A DNA stretch of 64,000 nucleotides from positions 412,890 through 476,889 of the forward strand of contig JBAZBD010000001.1 in the NCBI GenBank assembly GCA_041671645.1. The letters run 5' to 3'. Under the pieces are notes generated by a model. It was not told where the DNA came from. It did no database searches and saw only the letters and a list, made by a program, of their open reading frames with translations. A program made the position numbers and the translations under genes. Positions 1 to 9,936 of this stretch are shown one piece after another; the stretch's first letter is position 1; the number at the start of each line of letters is the position of its first letter. The DNA comes from Patescibacteria group bacterium. Lineage in GTDB: Bacteria > Patescibacteriota > UBA1384 > XYA2-FULL-43-10 > 1-14-0-10-43-13.

Positions 1-499
1 TCTTTGATTTTTCGGGCGATAGAGCGGTCAGAAGTGAGAAGGGCGGTTTTGACATATTGCTGAGTGATGGTTGAGCCTCCACGAAGAACTGCAGTACGAC
101 CGAGCATCTTATCTACTACCGCGCTCAAGATACTGCTGAATCTGATACCATGGTGCTGATAAAAATTAGCGTCTTCTACGGATATGGTGGCGTCTTTGAG
201 ATATTGAGACATTTGGTCGCTTGGGACGATGGTTCTTTTCTGGTCGCCGGTTTCGTAAAGTAGCATTTTCCCGGTTTTGTCATAAATTTTGGTCGAGACA
301 GTTGGCTTGCGACCAGCAATTTTAGATGGAGTGGGCAAATCCTTCGAAAACCAAGCGAAAAGAAGGGCGATAACCAAAATTATGCCGAGTACAGAATAGA
401 TCGTCCACGTCCAAAAAGAATGCCAAAAATGTTTTTTCTTCTTCGGCAACTCTCTCTTTACCTTTGACTTGAACAGGCATTTGAATACGTTCTTCATTT
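1..499 (-). CDS. Penicillin-binding protein 1A-type peptidoglycan glycosyltransferase (GT51), N-terminal part; truncated by the window start
   Basis: Minus-strand translation from the ATG at 499-497 gives MKNVFKCLFKSK..., then a TM segment (WTIYSVLGIILVIALLFAW), then the GT51 motifs EDANFYQHHGI and RGGSTITQQY. It is absent from the ORF track because it runs off the edge. Confidence 0.6.
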
Positions 500-611
500 T
501 GTTGACCATTGTGCTAGCGATTGTGTTTAATTTCATATTCCTCTTTCTTTACATTATACGTCCATATTGATATTCTGTAAATGAATCGTGCTTGTAAAAT
601 AAGGAAATAAT

Positions 612-1787
612 ATGGCAGACGAAGAATTTTTTGATCGTGGCGTAACAGAGATCATTACCGAGGCGTCTTTTCGTGAGAAGCTAAAAGCGGGCAAGAAACT
701 TCGTATCAAATATGGAGTCGATCCAACCAAACCAGATATCCACCTGGGCCATGCCTCAGTGATGTGGAGACTTCGAAAGCTTCAGGATGAAGGCCATACC
801 ATTATTTTCTTGATCGGCGACTACACTACCAAGATTGGCGACCCGTCCGGTCGCAATGCTACCAGGCCGGTGTTAGATGACGCCGAGATCAAGAAGAACG
901 CCGCAACTTACTTCGATCAAGCTGGCAGGATTTTAGATATGGGCAAAACCGAGATCAGATACAATTCAGAGTGGTTTGATAAATTGTCCTTTAACGATCT
1001 TTTGCAAATAGCTGGTAAATTTACGGTGGCTCAAATCATTGAGCGCGATGACTTCGAGAAAAGATTAAAAGAAGGCCATGATATTGGACTTCATGAGACG
1101 CTCTACCCAGTGATGCAGGCGTATGATTCTGTCATACTTATGGCTGATGTCGAATTTGGCGGCGGCGATCAGAAATTTAATATGCTAGCCGGCAGGGATT
1201 TGCAGAAGAAGATGAATCAATTGCCTCAGGATGTCGTAATGTTTAAGCTTTTGGTCGGACTGGACGGCAAGATCAAGATGAGCAAATCAGCAGACAACTA
1301 CATTGGAATTACTGAGCAGCCAGATCAGATTTTTGGCAAGATAATGTCTATCCCGGATAGCGCGATTATCGAATATTTCGAATTGGCCACAAAGATATCG
1401 GAAAATGAGATCGAAAAGATCAAGGACGAGTTAAGAGAGGGCAAGAATCCTCGAGATATCAAAATCCAGTTGGCCAAAGAGATTGTCTCTATCTATTATA
1501 GCGGCAAAGATGCCGAGGCAGCTGCCTTAGAATTCGAGAAAGTATTTTCGAGGAAGGAGCTTCCGACAGATATTCCTGAGGCAAAGATTGAATATGGAAA
1601 TTATAATATTTTGACCATACTAACTTTACTCGGCAGCGTTTCATCAAACTCTGACGCTAGAAGACTGGTCGAGCAGGGCGGAGTCAGGATAGATGAGGCC
1701 AAGATTACTGATCCGACTGCACAAATTGCGATCGATAAAGGCATGATAATTCAAATCGGCAAAAAGAATTTCTTCAAGATAAAGTAA
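612..1787 (+). CDS. tyrS: Tyrosyl-tRNA synthetase
   Basis: Class I HIGH (HLGH) and KMSKS motifs; C-terminal S4-like RNA-binding domain; 391 aa. Confidence 0.9.
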   Translation: MADEEFFDRGVTEIITEASFREKLKAGKKLRIKYGVDPTKPDIHLGHASVMWRLRKLQDEGHTIIFLIGDYTTKIGDPSGRNATRPVLDDAEIKKNAATYFDQAGRILDMGKTEIRYNSEWFDKLSFNDLLQIAGKFTVAQIIERDDFEKRLKEGHDIGLHETLYPVMQAYDSVILMADVEFGGGDQKFNMLAGRDLQKKMNQLPQDVVMFKLLVGLDGKIKMSKSADNYIGITEQPDQIFGKIMSIPDSAIIEYFELATKISENEIEKIKDELREGKNPRDIKIQLAKEIVSIYYSGKDAEAAALEFEKVFSRKELPTDIPEAKIEYGNYNILTILTLLGSVSSNSDARRLVEQGGVRIDEAKITDPTAQIAIDKGMIIQIGKKNFFKIK

Positions 1788-3472
1788 TGAGAAATATTGT
1801 AAAAGCAAAAATTGATCTAGCCCTAAAATCACTTGGTTTTAATTTGCCTGGCTATTCTGTAGATGAGCCTCCAAGTCGCGAAATGGGGGACTATTCGACC
1901 AACGTCGCGATGGTTGCGTCTGGCCTCGAGAAGAAAAATCCCCGCGAAATCGCCCAAAAGATTCAGTCAGAATTATCGAAAGATCCAGAAATTGAAAGTG
2001 TTGAGATTGCTGGACCAGGCTTTATCAATATCGCCTTAAAGAGTGATCTTTATACTGAAGAGCTCTCCAAAATCTTGGAAGAGGGGAGTAAGTACGGATC
2101 GTCGGAAATTGGCAAAGGCAAAACTATCAACGTCGAATATGTTTCGGCAAACCCAACTGGCCCTTTGCATATCGGCAATGCTCGTAGCGGCCCGATTGGT
2201 GAAGCGGTGGCTAATCTTTTTGAATTTAACAGCTATGGCGTCACCAAAGAATTCTATGTAAATGATATCGGGGTGCAGATCGGACGATTTGGGAAATCAT
2301 TATTCCACTGGTGCGCCATCAAGTCTGATCCTAAAATAGAATTCCCAGAAGGTGGCTATCCTGGAGAGTATATTCAGGAGACGTCAGAGAAAATTCAAAA
2401 AGAATTTGGAGATGAAATTGCTCACCTAGATAATGATCAGGAGAAAATCGATTTTTTTGCTAGAAAAGGTCTGAATGTTATGGTCGCAAATATTAAGTCA
2501 GACTTAGAACTAGCTGGAATTAACATTCATACTTTTTCATACGAAAGCAAGATTATAAATTCTGGAAAATCAAAGATAGTGATTGATCGCCTAAAAGAAA
2601 AAGGTTTTGTTGCTGAGAAGGATGGTGCTGTCTGGTTCAAGAATCCAGAAGACCCAGACCTTATGGACAATGACGCTGTATTGGCTAAGAGCGACGAAGA
2701 GAAATCTCTCACATATTTTGCCAATGATATCGCATATCATTTGGATAAGATTGATAGGGGTGCTGACAAACTTTTTGATATCTGGGGGGCTAATCATTTC
2801 GGTCATATACCTCGGATGAAGGCTGCGCTTAGAGCTCTCGGGTGTCCTGATGAGACGCTAGAAATTGTTCTATACCAATATGTCAGATTGAAGAAATCGG
2901 GCGTGGCTTCGAGCATGGGCAAAAGATTGGGCAATTTCGTTACCTTGCGCGCTGTGATTGAGGCGGGGGTAGAGGCAGACGCCTTCAAATATTTTATTCT
3001 TTCTCAAAACGCTAATACGCCGATGGATTTCGATATTGAACTAGCAGCCGAAAAATCAGAGAAGAATCCTGTCTACTATATTAAATATGCTCACGCTCGA
3101 ATTTGTTCAATTCTCAAGAAAATTGAGGAACAGGGGACCCCACTTCGCCAAGGCTTCGCGGGGCAGGTAAGCGATCAGGAGCGAGGAGATCTTTCATTAT
3201 TAAAAGACGAAAAAGAAATCGCCCTCTATAAAGAGCTGGTAAAATTCCCAGAAATCGTCGAGGAAACTCTTGTTGATTTTCAAACTCAACGACTCCCCCA
3301 CTTCGCTTACAAAATCGCCGCTCTCTTTCATGATTTTTATAACTCATGCAGTGTAATTGATGCAGGATCAAAAGAGCTTGTATCAGCTCGCTTGTCCCTG
3401 ATAATCGCGACCAAAAATATTCTGGCCAATACTCTAAAAATCTGCGGCATCAAGGCCCCAGAGAAGATGTAG
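1787..3472 (+). CDS. argS: Arginyl-tRNA synthetase
   Basis: 561 aa; HIGN class I motif; N-terminal Arg_tRNA_synt_N-like region and C-terminal DALR anticodon-binding region; overlaps the tyrS stop by 1 nt. Confidence 0.9.
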   Translation: MRNIVKAKIDLALKSLGFNLPGYSVDEPPSREMGDYSTNVAMVASGLEKKNPREIAQKIQSELSKDPEIESVEIAGPGFINIALKSDLYTEELSKILEEGSKYGSSEIGKGKTINVEYVSANPTGPLHIGNARSGPIGEAVANLFEFNSYGVTKEFYVNDIGVQIGRFGKSLFHWCAIKSDPKIEFPEGGYPGEYIQETSEKIQKEFGDEIAHLDNDQEKIDFFARKGLNVMVANIKSDLELAGINIHTFSYESKIINSGKSKIVIDRLKEKGFVAEKDGAVWFKNPEDPDLMDNDAVLAKSDEEKSLTYFANDIAYHLDKIDRGADKLFDIWGANHFGHIPRMKAALRALGCPDETLEIVLYQYVRLKKSGVASSMGKRLGNFVTLRAVIEAGVEADAFKYFILSQNANTPMDFDIELAAEKSEKNPVYYIKYAHARICSILKKIEEQGTPLRQGFAGQVSDQERGDLSLLKDEKEIALYKELVKFPEIVEETLVDFQTQRLPHFAYKIAALFHDFYNSCSVIDAGSKELVSARLSLIIATKNILANTLKICGIKAPEKM

Positions 3473-3493
3473 AACTATAAATTTATGAAGTGG

Positions 3494-5686
3494 CTAGAGG
3501 CTACCTTCGTATATTTTGTTGTCTCCTAGTCCCCATATCTTTTGGAGTTTGGTGTTCACGACGAAATCTTGCAATTTCACGCCGTCAAAAACATATTGAT
3601 TCTGGAAGTTTCCAGCTTTGTCGAATCTGAGGATTTTGCCTGCATTTGAATCAAAGACGAAGAGGTTACTCGTCTCATCATCAGTGTATATCTTGGTCGC
3701 TAATATCTTGTCCTGATCTATCAGGCTTGGAATATCTCTCAGGGCGAAATCTTGTTCTAGGCTTCCACGGACAAACTTTGCGACGCGGTTCCCTTTCTCC
3801 AGGACGAAGATGTTGCCGTCAACTGCCATATCTTTGGCTTCAATTAGCGATATTTTTCTGGTATCGGCGTACTTCGAGCCCTTGGCAAAACCGTCGTCCT
3901 TCTTGGTGTGTTTCCAGACTTGGCCAGTCTCGGAATCGAGGAGGTAGATATTTGTAGCATACGTTGTGATCGCAGCCGACCTTTCCCACGCGCCCAGGTC
4001 ATCAGTGACTTTGAACTCTGAGATGGTATTGCTGTCTAATGTCATGGACAAGACTTTTTGTTGGTCAGTCAAGACCAGAATAGTATTTTCTTGTTTTGAA
4101 AATGTCAGATTGATCGGTTGCCCCATGCCGCTAATAGTTGCCACAGGTTTTGATGATTTGTCTCTGGCGTCGGAGAGGGAAATTATTCCCTCGTTGCTGA
4201 TGCCATAGATTTGCGATCCGACCAGAGCGATTTTTGTAATATTTTTTTCTGCAGCAAAGGGGCTCGTATAGTAACGGACTGTATTGGTCTTGTCATCGAT
4301 AAACTCGTTGATATTTTTGACCAGGATGAGAGCTTTTTCACCGTTGACGCTTGAAGATCGGGCGTTTTCGGCGGTACTCAAAATCTCGAAGATTTTCTTG
4401 TAATCGACTGATTTGTGGAGGGCTAAATCGTTCTTGAAATTTTCAAAATCTGTTTTGGCCTGGTCATATGAACCGTCAAGTCGAACCTGGGAAATCTTGG
4501 CTTCGCGCTTCTCATTGTTCTCTGAGATCTTGAAATATCCAGTCGAAAGGGCGACCAGTATCAGGAAAATATACAGGTATTTCCTATTGTTCTTCTCAAG
4601 GACGATCCCGACTTTGTCGATGTGGCCAAAGCAATTTTGGCAGAAAAAAGCGATTTGTCCAAAGAAAGATTTGCTGGGGCCATGCTTGGCGTAGGCGACA
4701 GCCTTGATTTTGATCTTCTTGTAATTCTCTGACTCTTCGAGAGACTTGAAATTTTTGCTAATTCCAGCTTTTGCCTTCATGACTTGGTCGACGGCCTTGG
4801 GCAAATTTTTCCGAACGTATTGTAATATCTTGGGCCAGACCTGCTTGCGGCATTGATGCAAAAGTTGCTTCAGGAATTTGAGCGAACTCTTCCCGGCTAC
4901 CAGGGCGCCGACCCGACTTTTTTCTCTGGCTTCTGAAAATTTCGATTTAATATTTTTCACAACTGGATCGTCGTCATCAGTAAAGACGCACTGCAAGTTT
5001 TCATCGAGATAGGCAAAACCCTCATCCTTGTTGTCTGCAAAAATGACGATGGCGCCGACCGATTTGACTCGTGATTTTCTCAGTATTCCAGAGATTCCCA
5101 TCACTTCTTTGGCGGGATCGTGGAGCTTGATGACCTCTTTGAGATTGCTAAGGGGGAGGTGACCATAGGTATCTTTGGTTGCGAAGATAAGGCGGTCGTC
5201 GCTCGAGAGATCTCCAGAAACGATGTCGGAAAATATTTTGCCTGGATGAGTTGGCGCCTCACTATCCTCTTGGTTGATCAGGGAGGAGATACGATTATTT
5301 CTGAAAATATAGCCGACTATTTTGCCAGTTTGTGAGAGTAATATGTCTCGCCCCGAGACTATCCCAATTAGCATATTGAGGGAGAAAATCGATTTTAGAT
5401 CCGTTTGCTCTGCTTCTTTGCAGATGGCGTTGTTCAAGGCTGATAAAATATCATCGAAATCTTTGGGCTGAAAACTTTCTTTGTCGGAGACCTCATCCAT
5501 GATGACCTGGTTCAGCTTCTCCAAGAAAGCCTCATCTTCTGGCTGGGAGAAAGGTAGGTCGATTAAATAAAAAAGAAAATTACCGCCATCAAAATCAGAG
5601 CCGATCTTTTCACAGATAAGCCCCCTATTCTCCGATCTATTCCTGCTGGTGATAAGGGCAGATTGAACTACCGGAAGTTTGTCCAT
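3494..5686 (-). CDS. Large membrane protein with an N-terminal PP2C-like (possibly degenerate) phosphatase-like domain, one TM helix and a C-terminal beta-propeller-like repeat domain
   Basis: 730 aa. The N-terminus has PP2C-like blocks (SDFDGGNF, LLSQTGKIVGYIF, DDRLIFATKDTYGHL, GAIVIFADN) but the canonical GDSR is not conserved. TM segment YLYIFLILVALSTGYF. The C-terminus has repeated hydrophobic beta-strand blocks (NIYLLDSETGQVWKH, NIFVLEKGNRVAKF, NLFVFDSNAGKILRFD). Confidence 0.4.
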   Translation of the reverse strand: MDKLPVVQSALITSRNRSENRGLICEKIGSDFDGGNFLFYLIDLPFSQPEDEAFLEKLNQVIMDEVSDKESFQPKDFDDILSALNNAICKEAEQTDLKSIFSLNMLIGIVSGRDILLSQTGKIVGYIFRNNRISSLINQEDSEAPTHPGKIFSDIVSGDLSSDDRLIFATKDTYGHLPLSNLKEVIKLHDPAKEVMGISGILRKSRVKSVGAIVIFADNKDEGFAYLDENLQCVFTDDDDPVVKNIKSKFSEAREKSRVGALVAGKSSLKFLKQLLHQCRKQVWPKILQYVRKNLPKAVDQVMKAKAGISKNFKSLEESENYKKIKIKAVAYAKHGPSKSFFGQIAFFCQNCFGHIDKVGIVLEKNNRKYLYIFLILVALSTGYFKISENNEKREAKISQVRLDGSYDQAKTDFENFKNDLALHKSVDYKKIFEILSTAENARSSSVNGEKALILVKNINEFIDDKTNTVRYYTSPFAAEKNITKIALVGSQIYGISNEGIISLSDARDKSSKPVATISGMGQPINLTFSKQENTILVLTDQQKVLSMTLDSNTISEFKVTDDLGAWERSAAITTYATNIYLLDSETGQVWKHTKKDDGFAKGSKYADTRKISLIEAKDMAVDGNIFVLEKGNRVAKFVRGSLEQDFALRDIPSLIDQDKILATKIYTDDETSNLFVFDSNAGKILRFDKAGNFQNQYVFDGVKLQDFVVNTKLQKIWGLGDNKIYEGSL

Positions 5687-5884
5687 TTATTCTTTTATTT
5701 TACCTTTTTCGGTGGATATCTTCAACCAAAGGGGTATTTAAAAATAATATTATTTAATGATAAAATCTAAGTGAGGTTTTGCTTAGGCGATAAATTGGCC
5801 ATCAATTAGATCGCATAGGGTTTCCAATATTTGTTCTGACCGTGGTCAGAACGTGAGGTAACCCACTTGGTTATAAAGACCAAT

Positions 5885-7084
5885 TTAAACCGAAGCAGAG
5901 CCTCTTTTTTGTTTGGATTCAATCAGCTCACGGTAAATATCAAGTAACTCATGGAAGGTCTTGGTGATCTCATGCTGTGAAGCGATTTGCATCGAGTGTC
6001 GGCCCATTACTTCAGCTTGTCTCTTGTGTCTGATGATTTCGACAAGTCCCTTGGCCAAATCTTTTGAATCGTCAGTTTTGAACAAGAAACCGTTGACTTC
6101 GTCCTTGACTAGCTCTGGGAGGGCATTGGCTTTGACGGCTACTATAGGAAGTCCTGCGGACATAGCTTCAAGGGTGACCAGACTTTGAGTTTCAATAGTT
6201 GAAGCAATAGCGAAAACCGTCGCTGACTTGTAGAGAGCGACAAAATCGTCGGAATCATGGTCGAGGCGCCCCAGCATAGTTAAGTCCTTCCTGACACTTA
6301 GATCCTCAGCCAATTTCTCCATTTCAGAGATAAGATCCCCCGTACCGGCGAAGACGAAATGAGCGGTGGTATCCTTGACGACATCAGGAATTGCCCTGAC
6401 AATAACATCGATACTTTTGTCCTGATCAATTCTGCCTGTGTAGAGTACGATTGGATTATTGGGCAAATGATATTTGATCTTGAAGTCATTAATTTTTTTC
6501 TGCGGAAATTTCCTGGCGAAACGATCGTAAAATATTCCGTTTGAAATCGCCACCACTGGAGTCTTGACTCCCCAAGAGCGGATTTGTTTGGCGATAGTCT
6601 CGGTCGGCGTGAGGACTAGATCGCAACGGTTGTGAAAAGATACTAAATACCTTGTCAGCAGAAATTTGGAAAAAGGCTTCAATATCTTGAGTTTGACATA
6701 TGCGATAGCAAATTCGAGACTAAAATGATTGGTGATGACGACAGGAATGTTCTTTTCATTTCCGACGTCTCGAAGCATTATGCCAATGGTGGCGACGTCT
6801 TGGAGATGGATCAAATCTGGCTGGATCGATTCAATTTGACGCCTAATTTCATTCTTCGAAGCAGAAGTGATGCGAAAGCCTTTGCGGAAAGGATTCACAA
6901 TCGATTTCAAGCGGATCACTTTGTATGGGAAGCTCTTGTCAACAGAGGTTTCGCCGGTGCGACTGGGGCAGAGGACTATTGGCTCATGGCCAGATTTCAG
7001 TAAATTATTAGCTAGAATTTCGGTCGCAACAGCAACACCAGAAATATTGGGAGAGAACGATTCGGTTCCTAATATTATTTTCAT
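5885..7084 (-). CDS. Glycosyltransferase family 4 (GT-B, retaining)
   Basis: 399 aa; GT4 E-x7-E region (ETQSLVTLEAMSAGLPIVA...NGFLF); typical N-terminal GT-B fold. Confidence 0.8.
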   Translation of the reverse strand: MKIILGTESFSPNISGVAVATEILANNLLKSGHEPIVLCPSRTGETSVDKSFPYKVIRLKSIVNPFRKGFRITSASKNEIRRQIESIQPDLIHLQDVATIGIMLRDVGNEKNIPVVITNHFSLEFAIAYVKLKILKPFSKFLLTRYLVSFHNRCDLVLTPTETIAKQIRSWGVKTPVVAISNGIFYDRFARKFPQKKINDFKIKYHLPNNPIVLYTGRIDQDKSIDVIVRAIPDVVKDTTAHFVFAGTGDLISEMEKLAEDLSVRKDLTMLGRLDHDSDDFVALYKSATVFAIASTIETQSLVTLEAMSAGLPIVAVKANALPELVKDEVNGFLFKTDDSKDLAKGLVEIIRHKRQAEVMGRHSMQIASQHEITKTFHELLDIYRELIESKQKRGSASV

Positions 7085-7154
7085 ACTAATATTTTAGCTG
7101 TAAACAGAAATATTATCAAACAAAAATATACTCATCCATGACGAGTATATTTTT

Positions 7155-7229
7155 GGTCAGGGAGGCGGGACTTGAACCCGCGGCCTCCGGACCCCCAGCC
7201 CGGCGCGCTACCAACTGCGCTACACCCTG
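7155..7229 (-). tRNA. tRNA-Pro (anticodon GGG)
   Basis: Cloverleaf read on the minus strand: acceptor CAGGGTG/CTCCCTG (one mismatch), D arm GCGC-AGTTGGTA-GCGC, anticodon stem CCGGG/TCCGG with loop CTGGGGG, T arm GCGGG-TTCAAGT-CCCGC, encoded CCA. Confidence 0.75.
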
Positions 7230-7270
7230 AACAATTTAAAACAATACCAGATTTGAGACATGATTTCTAG

Positions 7271-7306
7271 GCAAAATAAAAAGCGGCCGATGTGTAGCGG
7301 CCGCTT
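7271..7306 (-). terminator. Intrinsic terminator downstream of the 7320-7745 ORF
   Basis: On the minus strand: AAGCGGCCG-ctacacat-CGGCCGCTT followed by TTTTATTTT. Confidence 0.5.
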
Positions 7307-7319
7307 GGATTGGTCGGGC

Positions 7320-7745
7320 TCAAAGGGATGTGCTGCCCTTTTTCCCGAAATTGTCATTGGAGTGGGATCTCCTTTGACCGACATAGATTGTCTTCGAATA
7401 GACCGAGAGCTTAAAGCAGATGCTTGCTGATCCGTTGTTGGCAATCGTCGGCGCTATATGCTGTTTGCATATCCCGAAGACGTATCTTGCAATGTGCGTT
7501 TCTGACCATGCCTCTGATGGCCACCTCTTGGTCCAGGAGTCTGTGGGCCAAAGAAATTGGATAGATGTGCGTACCTTGTTGGCACGCTTGCGGATTACTA
7601 CTCTGAATTCGAGATGAATGTAAGCTGGCTTACCATACTCGAAAGGAAAGCTTGACCCGCTTTGGTTTAGAATTGCCAGGATGTCCTGGACGGGGGCGGG
7701 GATCGTCATTGAATTGTCCTCCAAATTTTCATTCTCATATAACAA
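7320..7745 (-). CDS. Hypothetical protein (GC-richer islet next to tRNA-Pro)
   Basis: 141-aa ORF with a terminator; no recognisable motif; the true start may be an internal Met (MTIPAPV...). Confidence 0.3.
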   Translation of the reverse strand: MLYENENLEDNSMTIPAPVQDILAILNQSGSSFPFEYGKPAYIHLEFRVVIRKRANKVRTSIQFLWPTDSWTKRWPSEAWSETHIARYVFGICKQHIAPTIANNGSASICFKLSVYSKTIYVGQRRSHSNDNFGKKGSTSL

Positions 7746-7915
7746 AAAATCACCTGCTCGTATCCGGCTGGTGATTATTCGCTATATTCTCTAGTAGTCC
7801 AAAATCACTTGCCGGAATGGGTAAGTAGTAGGACTAGTAGGTTTTGTGCGAATGTGATCATTGAGATGAATTTACGCTTTTCCGATAAAAAAGTCAAGAA
7901 ATAAAAAATGGCCGA

Positions 7916-8266
7916 CTATTCTTGGTCGGCCATGGGTTCTGGGGTCAAGAGTATTTCCGTATAAGTAAGACCGAAGTCTTGCTGCGGGATCATTTCCCAG
8001 GCGTTGTTCTTTTCTTCCAATCTGAAGCCCAGAATTGCGCCATAGGCACCGCATGTCGGCCAAAATTGGCCGATCGCCAGATAGTTCTCTGACGAGCCCA
8101 CAATATGGAAATCTCTGGAGCAGCCGCCCTGGGTGAAGACGCCCTCACCAAAGACGCGGTTTTCGATCAGTCGTATTTTACCCTTGTATTCGAAGGTTGG
8201 CGGGCTCTGGAAGGGAAGTAACGGTTTTCCCAGAGCTGAGATATGAAAGGAAAATTCGGTGGTCAT
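7916..8266 (-). CDS. Hypothetical protein
   Basis: 116-aa ORF; no recognisable motif. Confidence 0.3.
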   Translation of the reverse strand: MTTEFSFHISALGKPLLPFQSPPTFEYKGKIRLIENRVFGEGVFTQGGCSRDFHIVGSSENYLAIGQFWPTCGAYGAILGFRLEEKNNAWEMIPQQDFGLTYTEILLTPEPMADQE

Positions 8267-8390
8267 GCTTCCACCTCCTCAAAAATTCTGCTCTGTGCAG
8301 TAATCAATGGAATCTTTATAACACAAAATCGGTTGTTTTGCCAGTCAACCTTACTTTTAATATTTGAAGTTTTGATCTATCCTATGAGTT

Positions 8391-9803
8391 ATGACTATAG
8401 AAAACATCAAAGATATTGTTGACGACGAGCTTTTTAATAAACTTCTGCTTGGGACTATAGATCCAACCCAAGAAATTATTTTGAAGATTTTGAAGAAAGC
8501 TTCGAAGAAAAAGGGCTTAAGTTTGGAAGACGTTGCCGCTCTTTGCAATTGTACTGACCCGGTCTTGATCGCGAAAATCTTTGAGTTCGCCTACAAGATC
8601 AAACAGGACATCTATGGCGAGCGGATAGTCCTATTTGCTCCACTATATATATCTGATTTTTGCGTCAATGACTGCGAATATTGCAATTTCCATTGCCGGA
8701 ACAACTCGCCGAGGCGAAAATTATCTCTAGAAGAAGTGGCGTCACAGACAAAGGCCCTGGTCGATATGGGACACAAACGGCTGCTCCTCGAGTTTGGCGA
8801 ACATCCCGTCGAAAATCCAATTGACTATGTTGTTGACACCATAAATACAATTTACAAAACGAAATCGAAGAACGGCGAGATTCGGAGAGTGAATGTAAAT
8901 ATTGCCGCCACGACAGTAGAAAATTATCGCAAACTGAAGGAAGCGGGGATTGGCACCTACCAACTTTTCCAAGAAACATATCATCGGCCCACTTTCGAAA
9001 AATTACATCATGGGCCAAAAGCCAAATATGAGAGACAGCTTTTCGCTCACAACAAAGCTTTTGAGGCGGGGATAGATGACTTGGGAATTGGCGTGTTATA
9101 CGGTCTTTATGATTGGCGATACGAAGTTCTAGCTCTCGTCTCTCATGCAGCTTACATGGACAAAACTTTTGGCGTCGGCCCGCATACTATTTCAGTACCG
9201 CGTTTTCAGGAAACGCCAGGAGTAGACTTTAAGCCGCCATATCCTGTTTCGGAGGATGAATTACTGAAAATCGTCGCAATACTACGATTAGCCGTGCCAT
9301 ATACCGGGATGATTATTTCGACTCGAGAACGGCCAGAAATTCGAGAGCAGGCGTTTAAACTTGGTATTTCTCAGACTAGTGCAGGCTCCCGAGTAGAAGT
9401 GGGTGGATATGACGAAAATTCTAAACCAGTGACTAAAAGCCCAAAAGATGATGGTTGCGGCCAATTCACCACTCATGACCCGAGAACCTTGGATCAGATT
9501 GTGATAAGCCTTTGCGACCAGGGGCTTTTACCATCTTTCTGCACTGCCTGCTACCGAAGTCTTCGGACGGGAGAGAGTTTCATGGAAATCGCCAAGCCAG
9601 GCAACATCCACAATTTTTGTCGGCCAAATGGAATTTTGACCTTCAAGGAATATCTCCTGGATTATGCTTCACCTCTGGCCAAGCAAAAAGGCGAGAAATT
9701 GATTCGTGAATATTTGGACAAGATTCCGTCAAAAAAACGCAGAGAAGAAACGATGGAGCGTCTGGCTAGACTTGAAAAAGGCGAGCGGGATCTGTACTTT
9801 TAA
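8391..9803 (+). CDS. hydG: Radical SAM tyrosine-lyase family protein, HydG-like ([FeFe]-hydrogenase maturase-like)
   Basis: 470 aa. N-terminal CVNDCEYC (CX3CX2C radical SAM cluster) and C-terminal CTAC-x22-C (the CX2CX22C auxiliary cluster motif characteristic of HydG, absent from ThiH). No hydE, hydF or hydA is present in the window. Confidence 0.6.
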   Translation: MTIENIKDIVDDELFNKLLLGTIDPTQEIILKILKKASKKKGLSLEDVAALCNCTDPVLIAKIFEFAYKIKQDIYGERIVLFAPLYISDFCVNDCEYCNFHCRNNSPRRKLSLEEVASQTKALVDMGHKRLLLEFGEHPVENPIDYVVDTINTIYKTKSKNGEIRRVNVNIAATTVENYRKLKEAGIGTYQLFQETYHRPTFEKLHHGPKAKYERQLFAHNKAFEAGIDDLGIGVLYGLYDWRYEVLALVSHAAYMDKTFGVGPHTISVPRFQETPGVDFKPPYPVSEDELLKIVAILRLAVPYTGMIISTRERPEIREQAFKLGISQTSAGSRVEVGGYDENSKPVTKSPKDDGCGQFTTHDPRTLDQIVISLCDQGLLPSFCTACYRSLRTGESFMEIAKPGNIHNFCRPNGILTFKEYLLDYASPLAKQKGEKLIREYLDKIPSKKRREETMERLARLEKGERDLYF

Positions 9804-9808
9804 TATAT

Positions 9809-9884
9809 CGGAGCGTGGCCCAATTGGTAGGGCACGCGATTCGGGTTCGCGAGACTCCGGGTTCGAGTCCCGGCGCTCCGACCA
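9809..9884 (+). tRNA. tRNA-Pro (anticodon CGG)
   Basis: Acceptor CGGAGCG/CGCTCCG, D arm GCCC-AATTGGTA-GGGC, anticodon stem CGCGA/TCGCG with loop TTCGGGT, T arm CCGGG-TTCGAGT-CCCGG, encoded CCA. Confidence 0.7.
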
Positions 9885-9936
9885 TTTTACATATGAGAAG
9901 ACTGATGCTAATATATTGTCTGGAGAAAATTTTGTT

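Noticed and set aside
2043-3371. Several 60-100 aa ORFs on both strands inside argS (and similar ones inside the 3494-5686, 5885-7084 and 8391-9803 genes).
   Set aside because: They are fully embedded in long, motif-supported genes, with no motifs and no start context. These are typical spurious antisense or shifted-frame ORFs.
9706-9936. The track ORF for the ABC ATPase starts at 9706, giving a 77-aa N-terminal extension.
   Set aside because: The extension overlaps the well-formed tRNA-Pro(CGG) at 9809-9884 and reads through it in a different sense. The ABC protein begins naturally at MDSIEVKNL (9937), directly before the Walker A region.
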